NCBI GenBank assembly: GCA_963674695.2
Contig: CAXXGI010000002.1
Coordinates: forward strand, 320,001 to 384,000
DNA: 64,000 nucleotides
Direction of reading: 5' to 3'
Source: a bacterium
Lineage (GTDB): Bacteria > UBA10199 > 2-02-FULL-44-16 > JAAZCA01
In this document: positions 39,372-51,273 of the stretch, piece after piece
Position numbering within the stretch: the stretch's first letter is position 1
Layout: each line of letters opens with the position of its first letter
The notes under the pieces: generated by a model
The model's database searches: none
The model's input: only the letters and a program-made list of their open reading frames with translations
Told to the model about the DNA's origin: nothing
Program-made: the position numbers and the translations under genes

Positions 39372-40190
39372 TTACATTCCCTTTCGATGGGTCGTGGAGA
39401 AGGTTTTGAGTATGGGAACGGCTCTCGTCATGTAATCGTCGAAATCCTTCCGGCTGATCCAGATCTTGCGGAGCTGATCCTCCAGCCGTGCGAGCTGGGG
39501 ATAGTTTGATTGGGAGAAATAGTTCTCTTTGATCGTTTGCCATGGCCAGAGCTTTTGCATCAGCTCGGGGTCGTCGAGGATAAAGACGGTCGTGATCTCC
39601 GCAAACGCCCACACGCGCCAATTGCTCAGCTTGGCTTCGGAATAGCGCTGGCGAACGATGTGGAAGATATGTGACAGGACGATTTCGTGTGCGGTGATTC
39701 GCCGTTGCTTGAGGGGGTCCTCGTTATATGCGCGCGTGATCGTGTTGGAATACCAGCTGCTCAGGCCCTTGTGAAAGGGCGAGACGACGCATTCGTAGTT
39801 CCTATAAAACCAGGGGGAACCGCTGAGCTCCTGGGCTCTCCGCGAGAAGACCTCAATGACGGGGTCCCACGATTTCGCATATTCCTCCTGGGACTTCTGG
39901 ATGAGGTCCGATTCGGAGAGATAGGTCCTGTCGACCAAGTCGGTTAGCTTCGGTTCGATCACTTCATAGGACTCCGCCTTCGAGACCTCCTTCGCAAAGC
40001 CATAATCGAATCCCATCTGCTTTGACCGCGATTTGAGGCCGGCGGGATCTTTGCCTTGAAACATCCGGAAGATCATCATCTGATCGTATTGGCGGTCGCT
40101 GATGAAACGGATGCTGAAATCATGTTGCTTTGCACAGGAACAAAGGAGCGGGAGAAACAGAACGCAGAGGATGAGTATTGTGGCGCGCAT
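39372..40190 (-). CDS. Hypothetical lipoprotein
   Basis: Signal MRATILILCVLFLPLLCSC; atypical HEIVLSH. Confidence 0.65.
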   Translation of the reverse strand: MRATILILCVLFLPLLCSCAKQHDFSIRFISDRQYDQMMIFRMFQGKDPAGLKSRSKQMGFDYGFAKEVSKAESYEVIEPKLTDLVDRTYLSESDLIQKSQEEYAKSWDPVIEVFSRRAQELSGSPWFYRNYECVVSPFHKGLSSWYSNTITRAYNEDPLKQRRITAHEIVLSHIFHIVRQRYSEAKLSNWRVWAFAEITTVFILDDPELMQKLWPWQTIKENYFSQSNYPQLARLEDQLRKIWISRKDFDDYMTRAVPILKTFSTTHRKGM

Positions 40191-40490
40191 GACGCGATTA
40201 CGCGTAGGCGAAGGCGGGAATGAAAGCAAGGAGAAATCGTGCGGTGTTCCTCCGGGAATGGGCCTTTTGCGGTGGACAATCTCGGAAAAACCCTTTATGA
40301 GCTGCCCGTTGAGAGGGTCCGAAAAGGACCGCAATGGGAGCGCTTTTCCGATGCCGATCGGCCCCAACATCAAGGCCGCACAGGCTTTGATCCTTCGAAG
40401 GCGCTGGCTGTTCGAGCCAGACCCCTTTCAGGCACCAATCCTTTTTCTCGCACACATCACCAAACGGGATCGTCATCCCAAGGAGGCGGT

Positions 40491-42722
40491 ATGAAGCACG
40501 CGCGGATCATCTATACCATCGTGGACGAGGCACCGGCGTTGGCGACCTATTCGTTTCTTCCCATCGTGAAGTCATTTGCGAAGATCGCCGGTATCGATTT
40601 CGAGACCAGCGATATCTCTTTGGCTGGGCGAATCATCGCGAAGTTTCCGGAACGCTTACGCAAAGAGCAGCGGCAGACGGATGATCTGGCCTACCTGGGC
40701 GAACTGGTGACAAAGCCGGGGGCGAATATCATCAAGCTGCCGTGCATCAGCGCCTCCATTCCGCAGCTCAAAGCGGCCATCAAGGAGTTGCAGCAGCAGG
40801 GTTATGATCTGCCCGACTATCCCGAAGCGCCAGCGAGCGATGAAGAGCGCGAGATCAAGGAGCGCTATGATTCGGTGAAGGGTTCGGCGGTGAATCCGGT
40901 GCTGCGCGAAGGAAACTCCAGCCGCCGTGCGCCGCTTTCGGTGAAAAACTATGCGCGCAAGCATCCGCATGCGATGGGCGAATGGTCGAAGGACTCCAAA
41001 TCGCATGTCGCGCATATGACGCGCGGCGATCTGCGCGCGAACGAAAAGTCGATGACCGTCTCGAAGGAGCAGGCGGGGGATGCCCGGATCGAATTTGTCG
41101 ATGAGAGTGGAAAGACGACGACGCTCAAGGAGCGTGTTCCCCTGCTCGCGGATGAGGTCATCGATGCCAGCTTTATGAGCGTGCGCGCACTGCGTCGTTT
41201 TCTCGAGGAACAGATGGCCGATGCCAAGAAGCAGGATGTGCTCTTCTCCTTGCACTTAAAGGCCACGATGATGAAGGTCTCCGATCCCATCATCTTCGGC
41301 CACGCCGTCTCCGTCTTCTTCCAGGATGTCTTTACCAAATACGCTGCAACCTTCCGCGAACTCGGGGTGAGTCCCGACAACGGGTTGGGAGATCTTCACA
41401 GCAAGATCGATACGCTGCCTGAGAAGGAGAAAACGGAAATCCTTGCAGATATGCGGGCGGCGGTCGACAGCGGCCCAAAGCTTGCGATGGTCAACTCGGA
41501 AAAGGGGATTACCAATCTCCAAGTGCCCAGCGATGTGATCATCGATGCCTCGATGCCGGCGGCGATCCGCAACTCGGGAAAGATGTGGGGCGCAGACGGC
41601 AACCTGCACGACACGAAGATGGTCATCCCCGACAGCAGCTATGCGGGGGTTTATGAGGAGACCGTCAACTTCTGCAAGAAGCACGGGGCGTTCGACCCGA
41701 CGACCATGGGGACGGTTCCCAATGTCGGGCTCATGGCCCAGAAGGCCGAGGAGTATGGTTCGCACGACAAGACCTTCCTGTGCGAACATGACGGAGTCGT
41801 GCGCGTCGTCGCTGAAAACGGCGAGACGCTGCTCGAGCAGAAGCTCGAGGGCGGCGACTTCTTCCGCATGTGTCAGACCAAGGACGTTGCCATTCAGGAT
41901 TGGGTCAAGCTCGCGGTGGAGCGCGCACGCGCCACGGGCGCGCCTGCGGTCTTCTGGCTCGACAAGAAGCGTCCGCACGATGCGCAGCTCATCGCGAAGG
42001 TCGATGCCTATCTCCAGAGTCATGATACAAAAGGGCTCGAGATCGCCATCATGTCCCCGGAAGAAGCGACGCGCTTCACCTGCGAGCGTCTGCGCGAGGG
42101 CAAGGACACCATCTCCGTCACGGGCAACGTCCTGCGCGATTATCTCACCGACCTCTTTCCGATCCTGGAGGTCGGCACCAGCGCCAAGATGCTCTCGATC
42201 GTGCCGCTCATGAACGGCGGGAAGCTCTATGAGACGGGTGCGGGCGGTTCCGCGCCGAAGCACGTGCAGCAGTTTCGCGAAGAGGGGCACCTGCGCTGGG
42301 ATTCGCTCGGCGAGTTTTTGGCGCTGGCGGCTTCGCTTGAGTTTCTGGGAAATGCGACCGACAACGCGCGGGCCAAGATCTTTGCCAAGACGCTGGATAA
42401 GGCCAACGGCATGTATCTCGAGAACAATAAGTCCCCGCGTCGCAAGGTTGGCGAGCTCGACAATCGCGGAAGCCACTTCTACCTCGCCCTCTACTGGGCG
42501 CAGGCGCTGGCCGAGCAGATGGACGATGTTGAACTCAAGAGCGGCTTTGCCAAACTCGCCAAGGAGCTGACGGAAAACGAGAAGAAGATTCTCGATGAGA
42601 TTAATCACACCCAGGGCCTGAAGATGGAGCTCGGCGGGCACTACAAACCGGACGAGGCGCTCGCCAACAAGGCCATGCGCCCGAGCGAAACCTTCAACGC
42701 GATTGTGGAAAAGGTGGGGTGA
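40491..42722 (+). CDS. icd: Monomeric NADP-dependent isocitrate dehydrogenase
   Basis: [44 protein letters not shown]; AAGGAGG SD. Confidence 0.96.
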   Translation: MKHARIIYTIVDEAPALATYSFLPIVKSFAKIAGIDFETSDISLAGRIIAKFPERLRKEQRQTDDLAYLGELVTKPGANIIKLPCISASIPQLKAAIKELQQQGYDLPDYPEAPASDEEREIKERYDSVKGSAVNPVLREGNSSRRAPLSVKNYARKHPHAMGEWSKDSKSHVAHMTRGDLRANEKSMTVSKEQAGDARIEFVDESGKTTTLKERVPLLADEVIDASFMSVRALRRFLEEQMADAKKQDVLFSLHLKATMMKVSDPIIFGHAVSVFFQDVFTKYAATFRELGVSPDNGLGDLHSKIDTLPEKEKTEILADMRAAVDSGPKLAMVNSEKGITNLQVPSDVIIDASMPAAIRNSGKMWGADGNLHDTKMVIPDSSYAGVYEETVNFCKKHGAFDPTTMGTVPNVGLMAQKAEEYGSHDKTFLCEHDGVVRVVAENGETLLEQKLEGGDFFRMCQTKDVAIQDWVKLAVERARATGAPAVFWLDKKRPHDAQLIAKVDAYLQSHDTKGLEIAIMSPEEATRFTCERLREGKDTISVTGNVLRDYLTDLFPILEVGTSAKMLSIVPLMNGGKLYETGAGGSAPKHVQQFREEGHLRWDSLGEFLALAASLEFLGNATDNARAKIFAKTLDKANGMYLENNKSPRRKVGELDNRGSHFYLALYWAQALAEQMDDVELKSGFAKLAKELTENEKKILDEINHTQGLKMELGGHYKPDEALANKAMRPSETFNAIVEKVG

Positions 42723-43321
42723 GCATGTCTTTTTTCTTCGAGCGTGCCCTGTTTGCTCTGCCGGTCTTGGCCGTTCTCTGTGCATCAGGTTCTCTTCATG
42801 CGGCGGGCAAGCTCACCGGTGCGCAGACAAACTGCTTCACGCTTTGCCATAAAAAGATCCCGAAGATCTGCGCTGAATTTATCACGCAGGTCGATGGCTA
42901 TCCGGCGGAGACCCGAGCGAACTATCGGGAAAGCTATATCTACAACCCGGCGTATTGTAGCTCGCTGTGTGCGAGCTGGACGGACGAGGTGAAGCATTGT
43001 GTGGCCAGTGCGGATTCCTGCAGTAAGATTCAGGATCACGACGGAAGCTGTCTGTATGAACCGAGCGCGAATCCCTTTGTGCAGGATCCACCCCCGCAGA
43101 CGAATCGCTCCTGTGCTTCCATCTGTAGGAAATATGCGAAGTGCGCGGGGTATGGCGACGGTGCGACCCAACAGGATCGCCAGCATGCTGCCAACTCCTG
43201 TCTCAGCGAATGCCCGAAATGGTCTCCACAGACCATTCGGTGTATGAGCCGCATCACCATTCGGGCTCCGGCAGACTGCGCACCTTTGAGCAAGTGTGGT
43301 CTTCGGCAGTATGTACCCTGA
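42719..43321 (+). CDS. Secreted Cys-rich protein with two similar disulfide modules
   Basis: Signal peptide; repeated CxxxC..C..CxxxCxxW..C pattern. Confidence 0.65.
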   Translation: MSMSFFFERALFALPVLAVLCASGSLHAAGKLTGAQTNCFTLCHKKIPKICAEFITQVDGYPAETRANYRESYIYNPAYCSSLCASWTDEVKHCVASADSCSKIQDHDGSCLYEPSANPFVQDPPPQTNRSCASICRKYAKCAGYGDGATQQDRQHAANSCLSECPKWSPQTIRCMSRITIRAPADCAPLSKCGLRQYVP

Positions 43322-43499
43322 AGCTACTCGTGCTTGCGCGGCAGCGGAAGATTCCCACCTGAGAACGCATATTTTGCTTCATCGCGTTTGCCCGGATCGA
43401 GGGCGGCATGCGCTTTGACGTGTGTGCAGTCAATATGATGTAGCGGTATTCAGATTTGGTGCGATAAATGGAAAACAGAAAATGGAGCATGGTGCGAGA

Positions 43500-43865
43500 A
43501 TGGCTGACATGGATGAACTGACCCCAGAACAGATCGAGGAATTGCACGAAGACCTTCTGGCATTGAAGGTGACGCTGGAGGAAGCGCTTGCAGCAACGCA
43601 TGAGGGTGCAAAGCCGGTTGAGGCGGATGAGCCGATCGGCCGCATCTCCCGCGGCGACGCCATGCAGCAGCAACAGATGGCGCGCGCGAGTCGGGCGAGC
43701 ACTCAGGGGCGTCTTGGGCAGATAGCGCGCGCGTTGGTGGATTGTCGCGAAGGGAGTTATGGATTGTGTCGCGGGTGCGAGGAGCCGATCGGGTATGCTC
43801 GCCTCAAGGCGCGTCCGGAGACACCGTTTTGTCTCGATTGTCAGAGTGAGCGAGAGGCGCGATAA
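43500..43865 (+). CDS. TraR/DksA C4 zinc-finger protein
   Basis: YGLCRGCEEPI...RLKARP....CLDCQ. Confidence 0.88.
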   Translation: MADMDELTPEQIEELHEDLLALKVTLEEALAATHEGAKPVEADEPIGRISRGDAMQQQQMARASRASTQGRLGQIARALVDCREGSYGLCRGCEEPIGYARLKARPETPFCLDCQSEREAR

Positions 43866-43903
43866 TGCATGCTCGTATCCTGTTTCACAACGACAAGGGG
43901 CGT

Positions 43904-44460
43904 ATGATTATGAAGAAGACAATCCTGCTCGTGGGAATACTGGGCAGTCTTTGTGTGGCAAACGTCATTTCTGCACAGACGCGCTCAACGGCATTCGATG
44001 ATGGTCAGTTTGGAAAGTGGATCATCACCTCAAGTTCAACGCTCGCACCCCAGTCGGGAAAATCCTATGCCCCAAAGAATGCGGTCGATGGCGATGATGC
44101 CACCGCATGGGTCGAGGGTGCGCCGGGCCATGGCGTCGGTGAATCGATCATGATCACGTTTGAACAGCCGATGAAGATCGGAACGATCTGGATAAAGAAT
44201 GGCTATGGCAAGAGTCGAAAGCTCTTTCAGCTCAACGGAAGAGTCAAGAAGGCCAATGTTCAGATGGACGGTGGCATGTTTCCGATCGTCCTCAAGGATA
44301 CTATGAAGGAGCAGACGATTACGGTGCCCAAAAAGATCAGAGACGCGCAGACGACCTGGGTGAAGCTGACGATCGAGAGCGTCTATCCCGGGAGCAAGTG
44401 GTCCGATGTTGCGGTGAATGAATTTCGCCCGAACCTCGAGGAGTTTAATTATGACATACA

Positions 44461-44467
<7 letters not shown>
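43904..44467 (+). CDS. Secreted discoidin/glycan-binding-like domain protein
   Basis: Signal peptide; YAPKNAVDGDDATAWVEG..G.GVGE, NGYGKS, SVYPG.KW.D. Confidence 0.72.
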
Positions 44468-44762
<295 letters not shown>

Positions 44763-44776
44763 AAATACTTTTTGTC

Positions 44777-45442
44777 TTACAATTTTTTGTGACACAGCCA
44801 CCAGTCGAGGTATTCGAATTCGCCCGCCTGGGATTTCTTCAATCGGTCCTTCGCGGTTTTGACATCCTTCGCCGGGGGGATGATGACGTGATCCTTGCCG
44901 ACGACTTCGCTGTTCGGCCACTGCGCGGGCATGGCCACGCCGTTCTTGTCTGAAATCTGCATCGCTTCGACCGAGCGCAGAATCTCATCCATGTTGCGCC
45001 CCAACTCCTGCGGGTAGTAGAAGATGATGCGGATCGTTCCCGCGGCATCGACGATGAAGACGGCTCGCACCGTGTTCGACCCCTTGCCCGGATGGATGAT
45101 CCCGAGCCGCGCGGCCACAGCACCTGTGTCGGCGATGATCGGGAACTCGATCTGGACGTTCAGGTTTTCCTTGATCCACTCCTCCCATTTGATGTGGGAG
45201 AAGACCTGGTCGACGCTCATGCCGATGAGCTCGCAATTGAGAGCCTTGAATTTATCGTATCGATTCTGAAACGCCACGAACTCGGTCGTGCAGACCGGCG
45301 TGAAATCGGCCGGATGGCTGAAGAGGATGAACCATTTTCCGGCATAATCGTTCGGAAGCGTCTTCATTCCCTGCGTGGTCTGTACCCTCATCTCGGGAAA
45401 GGCATCGCCCAGAAGCGGCATTCCCTTCTTTTCATTGTCCAT
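44777..45442 (-). CDS. Peroxiredoxin (Prx6/TdxH-like)
   Basis: [27 protein letters not shown]. Confidence 0.93.
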   Translation of the reverse strand: MDNEKKGMPLLGDAFPEMRVQTTQGMKTLPNDYAGKWFILFSHPADFTPVCTTEFVAFQNRYDKFKALNCELIGMSVDQVFSHIKWEEWIKENLNVQIEFPIIADTGAVAARLGIIHPGKGSNTVRAVFIVDAAGTIRIIFYYPQELGRNMDEILRSVEAMQISDKNGVAMPAQWPNSEVVGKDHVIIPPAKDVKTAKDRLKKSQAGEFEYLDWWLCHKKL

Positions 45443-45666
45443 GACCTGACTCCCTTCAATGGATTCGATGACGGTGTCCGAAAAACTGCGCGTGTTTACA
45501 ATGAGTTAGCATGTTTGTCCAGTTCTAAAAAAACCGTCTAATATTCAGAATTTGGGTTCGCCCGCGCGATAGCTCAAAAAAGGCGCGACATTGCTATCGA
45601 TCGATCCCTCTGGTATGTTTGCGACCTTCAGGATCGTCCATTTTCCCCAGAAAGGCGGTATCGGTG

Positions 45667-48363
45667 ATGCATTCTCAGTCGAAGCAGCTCCTGATCGCGG
45701 CACTGATTGGACTCTCCATGCTCTTTTCCCCGGCGGCTTATGCTCAGATCGCCGATGGTTCTGGGGGCATATCGGGAGGGAAGACGCCCGACGCGGGTCT
45801 GGTCACGCTCACGAAGTGGGATTATGCGGCGAAAATTGCGGCGGCCTCGAAAAAACTCAGGGAGGCCGAGGATATGCTCGCGCGGGCTCGTGAGGAAGGC
45901 TGGCCCGAAGCGTTTATCGATGTGGCCGAGGACAATGAAATCCTTGCGCGTGATGTGTTGGGTGCGAACGAGAAAGCGCTGGCGGTCGAGAAAAAAACGG
46001 ATGAGCTGACAGCAAAATACGTCCAGATCAGCGATCGCTATAGGGAAACGACAACGCGCGTCGAGGAACTCGGCCTTACGCCCTCATCGATCGCCCTGAT
46101 TCAGAAGCAACGCAAGCAGCTTTCGCTTTTCGAACTCCCAAAGCGCTCAGGCATCGTGAGGCGCGCGGAGGTCGGGCGCGTGAATGAAGACGATCTCAAC
46201 CTCGAAGACATCCGGGACCACATCGCATCGATGGATGACAATGTGATAGCGGGATATCTCGATCATTCAGATGTGAGTGCCGTGCAGAAGGATCGGGTGC
46301 GATCGGGAATGAAGGAAGTGCTTCAGGCAGGGCTCGCGCTCACAGATGATCTCCAAGCCATAAACGCGCGCTATCTGGTCATTCTCGGAAATGAGAGTTA
46401 TGCCGAGCGTGCCTTGAGGATCGAAGCGAAGGAGTTCATCGATTTTATCAATCTCAATCTGCTCTGGGCCAGAAGCAACCAGACCTTTGGAGTGGCGAGT
46501 GCCACATTTTTAGATACGGCATTGGCGCGATTGACGAATCCGTCAAAGTGGTCTGCCCTCAAGCATGACCTCGCGCACTCCCTTGTGTGGGAATGGATCC
46601 TCTGGGTGCTCATCCTCGCTGGAATCGTCGCGTGGGTTCTGTTCTCGGTGAAGCGAAATGCGTATGCGCGGAAGGTGCAGAAGCGCTCTTCAGCTTCACG
46701 CTACGGCTCCATCGTTCAGATTTTTTCGGCGATCGCATTGGCGATCGTGAGCGCCGGTGCTATCCCACTGTTCGTGTATGTTGCGTCGAAGCTCCTGGTC
46801 CGAGTGCCCGGCTGCCACGAGTTTACCATGGCGTTTGCTCTGGGGCTGCAATCATTCGCTAGCATTCTCTTTCTGGCGTGGCTCGCGCGGGAACTGCTGA
46901 AAGAAGAATATGCATTGGACGAACATTTCGGTTGGTCCAAAACGGTGTGCAGCGCTGTCAAGCGGTTTGCGTTTTGGGTGATGGTCCTGATCGCACCGAT
47001 CGTTTTTTTCGTGACCACCATCAACTCGGCGTTGAGCACTCCCGCCCGAGGTTCGTTGGGTCGCATCCTCTTCATGGTGGGGCTCCTCATTCTGTCCTTT
47101 CTCATGGCGCGGCTCTTCAGACCAAAGGGACCGCTTTTTTCCAATCGAAATGGCTCTGGATTTATCATCACATTCAAAACGATATGGTTTGCCCTGTCCC
47201 TCCTCATTCCCCTGACGCTGCTCCTGCTCGCATACCTGGGTTATTACCGAAGCTCGGTTTTGATGGAAAAGGATCTGCTGCTGACGCTTGCGCTCATCGG
47301 TGCAGCTTTTCTGCTGAAGGGGTTGCTCCAGAGCGTATATATGACGGCGGTGGCCGTGAAACCGTCCGCCTCCGAAGAAGGAACGGATGCTCTCGTTTTG
47401 GATGATCATCATCGGACAAAAGCCCGGAAACTCATCAAGACCGTCGTGCTCATTCTGTTCCTCTCTGGGCTGTATGCGATTTGGGGACAAGACATTCCGT
47501 TTGCAAAGCTCCTCAATGCCATCGTCCTTTGGACCTACCAGGCGGGTGTCGAGATGCGGGCAACGACGATGGGAGATGTTGTCCTCTCGATTCTCATCCT
47601 CGCCTTTACCATCCTGATTGCAAAAAATTTGCCGGGACTTTTGGAGGCCGCACTCTTTCAGCATGCACGCGTCTCCGTTGGAGGCCGGCATGCGATCACG
47701 ATGATCTCGCAATATGTGGTCGTGGTCGTGGGCCTAACGCTCGCGCTCAACGCCATCGGTTTGACCTGGTCGAAGTTTCAGTGGTTGCTCGCCGCCCTTA
47801 CGGTAGGGCTCGGGTTTGGGCTTCAGGATATCGTGGCCAATTTTGCTTCGGGTATCATCATTCTGTTGGAGCGGCCCATCCGCGTTGGCGACATCGTGAC
47901 CATCGGCAGTATTTCGGGGCAAGTTGCGACCATTCATGTGCGCGCGACGACGATCACAGATTGGGATAAGAAGGAGGTGATCGTCCCGAACAAGACGCTC
48001 CTCACGTCGAATATCACGAACTGGTCGCTTTCCAATCAGCTCAACCGCATCGTCATACCGGTTGGCGTTGCCTACGGATCCGATGCCAGAAAGACGGAGG
48101 GGCTTCTGCTTCAAGCAGCGAATGAGAATGCGCTCGTGCTCGACACGCCGGCTCCGAGTGTGATCTTCACCAGCTTCGGAGACAACAGCCTCGATTTTAA
48201 CCTTCGCGTATTTGTGGAGAACGATTCACGTATGAGGGTGATTCACGAGCTGCACATGGCCATCAACGATGCGTTCAATAAGGAAGGCCTCGAGATTCCG
48301 TTCCCGCAACGGGATACGCATGTCGACACGCCAAAGCCGATCGAGGTCAAGATCGTAGAGTAG
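45667..48363 (+). CDS. Large MscS-family (MscK-like) mechanosensitive channel
   Basis: Signal, periplasmic coiled region, many TMs, GLGFGLQDIVANF..ERPIRVGD, PFPQRD. Confidence 0.9.
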   Translation: MHSQSKQLLIAALIGLSMLFSPAAYAQIADGSGGISGGKTPDAGLVTLTKWDYAAKIAAASKKLREAEDMLARAREEGWPEAFIDVAEDNEILARDVLGANEKALAVEKKTDELTAKYVQISDRYRETTTRVEELGLTPSSIALIQKQRKQLSLFELPKRSGIVRRAEVGRVNEDDLNLEDIRDHIASMDDNVIAGYLDHSDVSAVQKDRVRSGMKEVLQAGLALTDDLQAINARYLVILGNESYAERALRIEAKEFIDFINLNLLWARSNQTFGVASATFLDTALARLTNPSKWSALKHDLAHSLVWEWILWVLILAGIVAWVLFSVKRNAYARKVQKRSSASRYGSIVQIFSAIALAIVSAGAIPLFVYVASKLLVRVPGCHEFTMAFALGLQSFASILFLAWLARELLKEEYALDEHFGWSKTVCSAVKRFAFWVMVLIAPIVFFVTTINSALSTPARGSLGRILFMVGLLILSFLMARLFRPKGPLFSNRNGSGFIITFKTIWFALSLLIPLTLLLLAYLGYYRSSVLMEKDLLLTLALIGAAFLLKGLLQSVYMTAVAVKPSASEEGTDALVLDDHHRTKARKLIKTVVLILFLSGLYAIWGQDIPFAKLLNAIVLWTYQAGVEMRATTMGDVVLSILILAFTILIAKNLPGLLEAALFQHARVSVGGRHAITMISQYVVVVVGLTLALNAIGLTWSKFQWLLAALTVGLGFGLQDIVANFASGIIILLERPIRVGDIVTIGSISGQVATIHVRATTITDWDKKEVIVPNKTLLTSNITNWSLSNQLNRIVIPVGVAYGSDARKTEGLLLQAANENALVLDTPAPSVIFTSFGDNSLDFNLRVFVENDSRMRVIHELHMAINDAFNKEGLEIPFPQRDTHVDTPKPIEVKIVE

Positions 48364-48364
48364 G

Positions 48365-49183
48365 TTAGTCTTCGTGGACGAAGCTCGTGATGACGTAGTT
48401 TCCGGATTTCTCGTCGAACTTGAGCTGGAGCAGTTTGCGCGTCTGGGCCTCTTCGAGCAATTTGCTGAACGAACGAAAGCCGTGGTAGCTCTCGTTGAAT
48501 CCCGGATTGCGCCGCTTGAGCGCCTGTTTGACCATCGATCCCCAGACCTTTTCCTCTTCACCGCGTTCAGCGAAGAGGGCTTCGACCGTTTCCATGACCA
48601 GGTCGAGCGCCTCCTGCGCCTTGTCGCTCGCAACGGGTTCTGCCGTTGCAGGAGAGGCCTTCTTCGTGGTCGATCTTCTGCGCCTGGCGGTGGCCTGCTT
48701 GGTGGCGCCGCGAACCAGGTCGTCATAGAAGATGAATTCGTCGCAGCTCGAGGTGAGCAGATCCGAGGTCGAATTCTTCACGCCGATGCCGATCACCACC
48801 TTGTTGTTCTCGCGCAGCTTGCTGACCAGCGGCGAAAAATCCGAGTCGCCGCTGATGATGACGAACGTATCGACGTGCGCCTTCGTATAGCAGAGGTCGA
48901 GGGCGTCGACCACCATGCGGATATCGGCGGAGTTCTTGCCGGACTGGCGCACATGCGGGATCTCGATCAGCTCGAACGCCGCCTCGTGCATGGGCTTTTT
49001 GAATTCCTTGTAGCGCGCCCAGTCGCAATAGGCCTTCTTGACGACGATGTTGCCCTTGAGCAGCAGTCGCTCGAGCACCCGCTTGATGTCGAAGGCCTCA
49101 TACTTCGATTCCTTCACGCCCAGGGCGACGTTCTCGAAATCACAGTAGATCACCATATTCCGGATTTGGGCTGACTCGCTCAC
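48365..49183 (-). CDS. NYN-domain (PIN-like RNase) protein with C-terminal LOTUS/OST-HTH
   Basis: DFEN, GKNSADIRMVVD, SGDSDF, FNESYHGFRSFSKLL. Confidence 0.9.
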   Translation of the reverse strand: MSESAQIRNMVIYCDFENVALGVKESKYEAFDIKRVLERLLLKGNIVVKKAYCDWARYKEFKKPMHEAAFELIEIPHVRQSGKNSADIRMVVDALDLCYTKAHVDTFVIISGDSDFSPLVSKLRENNKVVIGIGVKNSTSDLLTSSCDEFIFYDDLVRGATKQATARRRRSTTKKASPATAEPVASDKAQEALDLVMETVEALFAERGEEEKVWGSMVKQALKRRNPGFNESYHGFRSFSKLLEEAQTRKLLQLKFDEKSGNYVITSFVHED

Positions 49184-49276
49184 AGAACCTCCTCGTGATG
49201 TCTGCTCGAGAAGTTATATCAAAATGAGAGCGACGTCCATCGCTGTCTTCGCACTCGCCCGAGAGCGTGCGCTCGC

Positions 49277-51121
49277 TCACCCCTCAGTAGAGGTGAGTCT
49301 CTCCTCGTATACCTTCGAAAGCCGCTCGTATTCCAAGGTCGCCTTCTCCAGATCGACGAAATGGGCATCGATGCTCGCCTGCATCTCCTTGATGGATCGG
49401 GTGAGGGCGACGCACGCCACGCCCTCCTGATTTTGCGCGGCGATCAGGAGATCGCGATTGGCCTGTGCGGATTCCTCCTCAAGTTCACAGATCGCTGTCT
49501 CGGCGGCATCGATCCGTTCCTTGAGGGGGCGAATGACCGATGAACGCTCCTCGATGATCTGCGCGCGCATGCGGCGCACGTCCTTTTTGCTGGTGACCGT
49601 TCTTTCCTCGCCGGCCGCTGCGGATTTCAGATCGCGTTCCTCATCCCATCCCCGCTTTTCGAGGAATTCGTCGTAGCTTCCGTCGAAGATTTCGACGGCA
49701 CCGCCCTGAAAGATGACCATCCGTGTCGCGATGCTGCGCAGGATCATCTCGTCGTGTGTCACGATCACGACCGCACCGGGGAATTCGTCGATGCTGTCGA
49801 CGAGGGCTTCGATCGATTGCATGTCGAGGTGGTTCGACGGCTCGTCGAGCAGGAGGAGGTTCGCGGGGGCGGCCATGATCTTTCCCAGCAGGACACGGCT
49901 CTTCTCGCCGCCGGAGAGCACCGTCACCTTCTTCTCCGCCAACTCGCCGCCGAACATCATCGTTCCGCAGATGCCGCGAACCATGGATTTGCCGAGCATA
50001 GGATTGGCCGAACCGATCTCTTCCTCGATGGTGGCCTGCGGGGCAAGCCGGTCGATGTTGGTCTGGCCGTAGTAGCCGACGCTCGTGGCGTGATGGATTT
50101 TTCTCTCGCCGCTTGAGGGGGCGAGTTCTCCGGCGAGCAGGCGCAGCAGCGTGGACTTGCCCTTTCCGTTCTTGCCGATGATGGCGATCCGGTCGTCGGC
50201 ATGCACGCTCATGCTGAGATCCTCGATCAGCGGCTGTCCTTGCGGATAGGCAAACGAGACGGCCTCGATCTCCATCATCCGCTTGGCGGGAAACGAGCTG
50301 TAGTGGAACCGGAAGTCCAAGTCGGTCATGCATTCCAGCTTGTCGCGCAGCGGCATCTTCTCGATCATCTTCATCTTGGATCGGGCGGCGGATGCCTTCG
50401 TGTTCTTCGCCTTGAACCGCTCGACGAAGGAGAGCAGCTGCGCGCGCCGACGCTCCTCGTTGATGCGGGTCTTTTCGTAGGCCTCTTCCTCTTCGGCGAT
50501 CTGCGCGCAGACCTTTTGTGTCGGGCCCTTGATCGTGCGGATCGTGCGCCGGTGGATCATCGCGGTGTGTGTGGTCACCGCGTCCATGAACTCGCGGTCA
50601 TGGGAGATGATGATCAGCTCGTTCCTCCAGGCATTGAGAAAACGGGTGATCCAGCGAACGGAGACGATGTCCAGATAGTTCGTCGGCTCATCGAGCAGCA
50701 GGAGGTTGGGCGACGAGACCAGCGTGCGCGCGAGCTGGAGTCGGACCTGATAGCCGCCCGAGAGCTGCGCGGGGGCGCGCGCCATGTCCTCCTGGTCGAA
50801 CCCGAGGCCGAAGAGGATCTCCTTGGCGCGATAATCTTCATGCTCTGCCTCCGCGGGCAGCGCGGCGCAGACCACTTCGAGGACCGTTGGTTCGATGAAG
50901 TTCAGGTGCTGTTCGAGATAGCCGACGCGATAGTGTTTCGGAATTTCGATTGTGCCTGAATCCGGGTGATCCTGGTCGATGATGAACCGGAAGAGCGTCG
51001 TCTTCCCGCTGCCATTACGCCCGATCAGACCGAGGCGTTCGCCGCCTGACATCTGGAGGCTCGCGCCGTCGAAGAGCAACTGCGACCCGTATTGTTTCGT
51101 AATGTCGTTGATTCGAAGCAT
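49277..51121 (-). CDS. ABC-F family ATPase
   Basis: Two NBDs (GRNGSGKT, LSGG, LLLDEPTN; GKNGKGKS, LSGGEK), no TM segments. Confidence 0.92.
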   Translation of the reverse strand: MLRINDITKQYGSQLLFDGASLQMSGGERLGLIGRNGSGKTTLFRFIIDQDHPDSGTIEIPKHYRVGYLEQHLNFIEPTVLEVVCAALPAEAEHEDYRAKEILFGLGFDQEDMARAPAQLSGGYQVRLQLARTLVSSPNLLLLDEPTNYLDIVSVRWITRFLNAWRNELIIISHDREFMDAVTTHTAMIHRRTIRTIKGPTQKVCAQIAEEEEAYEKTRINEERRRAQLLSFVERFKAKNTKASAARSKMKMIEKMPLRDKLECMTDLDFRFHYSSFPAKRMMEIEAVSFAYPQGQPLIEDLSMSVHADDRIAIIGKNGKGKSTLLRLLAGELAPSSGERKIHHATSVGYYGQTNIDRLAPQATIEEEIGSANPMLGKSMVRGICGTMMFGGELAEKKVTVLSGGEKSRVLLGKIMAAPANLLLLDEPSNHLDMQSIEALVDSIDEFPGAVVIVTHDEMILRSIATRMVIFQGGAVEIFDGSYDEFLEKRGWDEERDLKSAAAGEERTVTSKKDVRRMRAQIIEERSSVIRPLKERIDAAETAICELEEESAQANRDLLIAAQNQEGVACVALTRSIKEMQASIDAHFVDLEKATLEYERLSKVYEERLTSTEG

Positions 51122-51273
51122 GGTGTTTGCTGACCTCGTACGTCATATGAACTATCTCGCCGGAGTTATCAAGTTCTTGATATTCGCTGCATATGGTGCG
51201 ATTTGTGACATGCTCTTTGTAGCGGTATACATGACCCCAACCCAATGACTGGCCTCGGAGTTCAGGAACTCCT

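Noticed and set aside
39372-40190. Zinc metalloprotease call from HEIVLSH
   Set aside because: Spacing is not HExxH, so it is left as a hypothetical lipoprotein.
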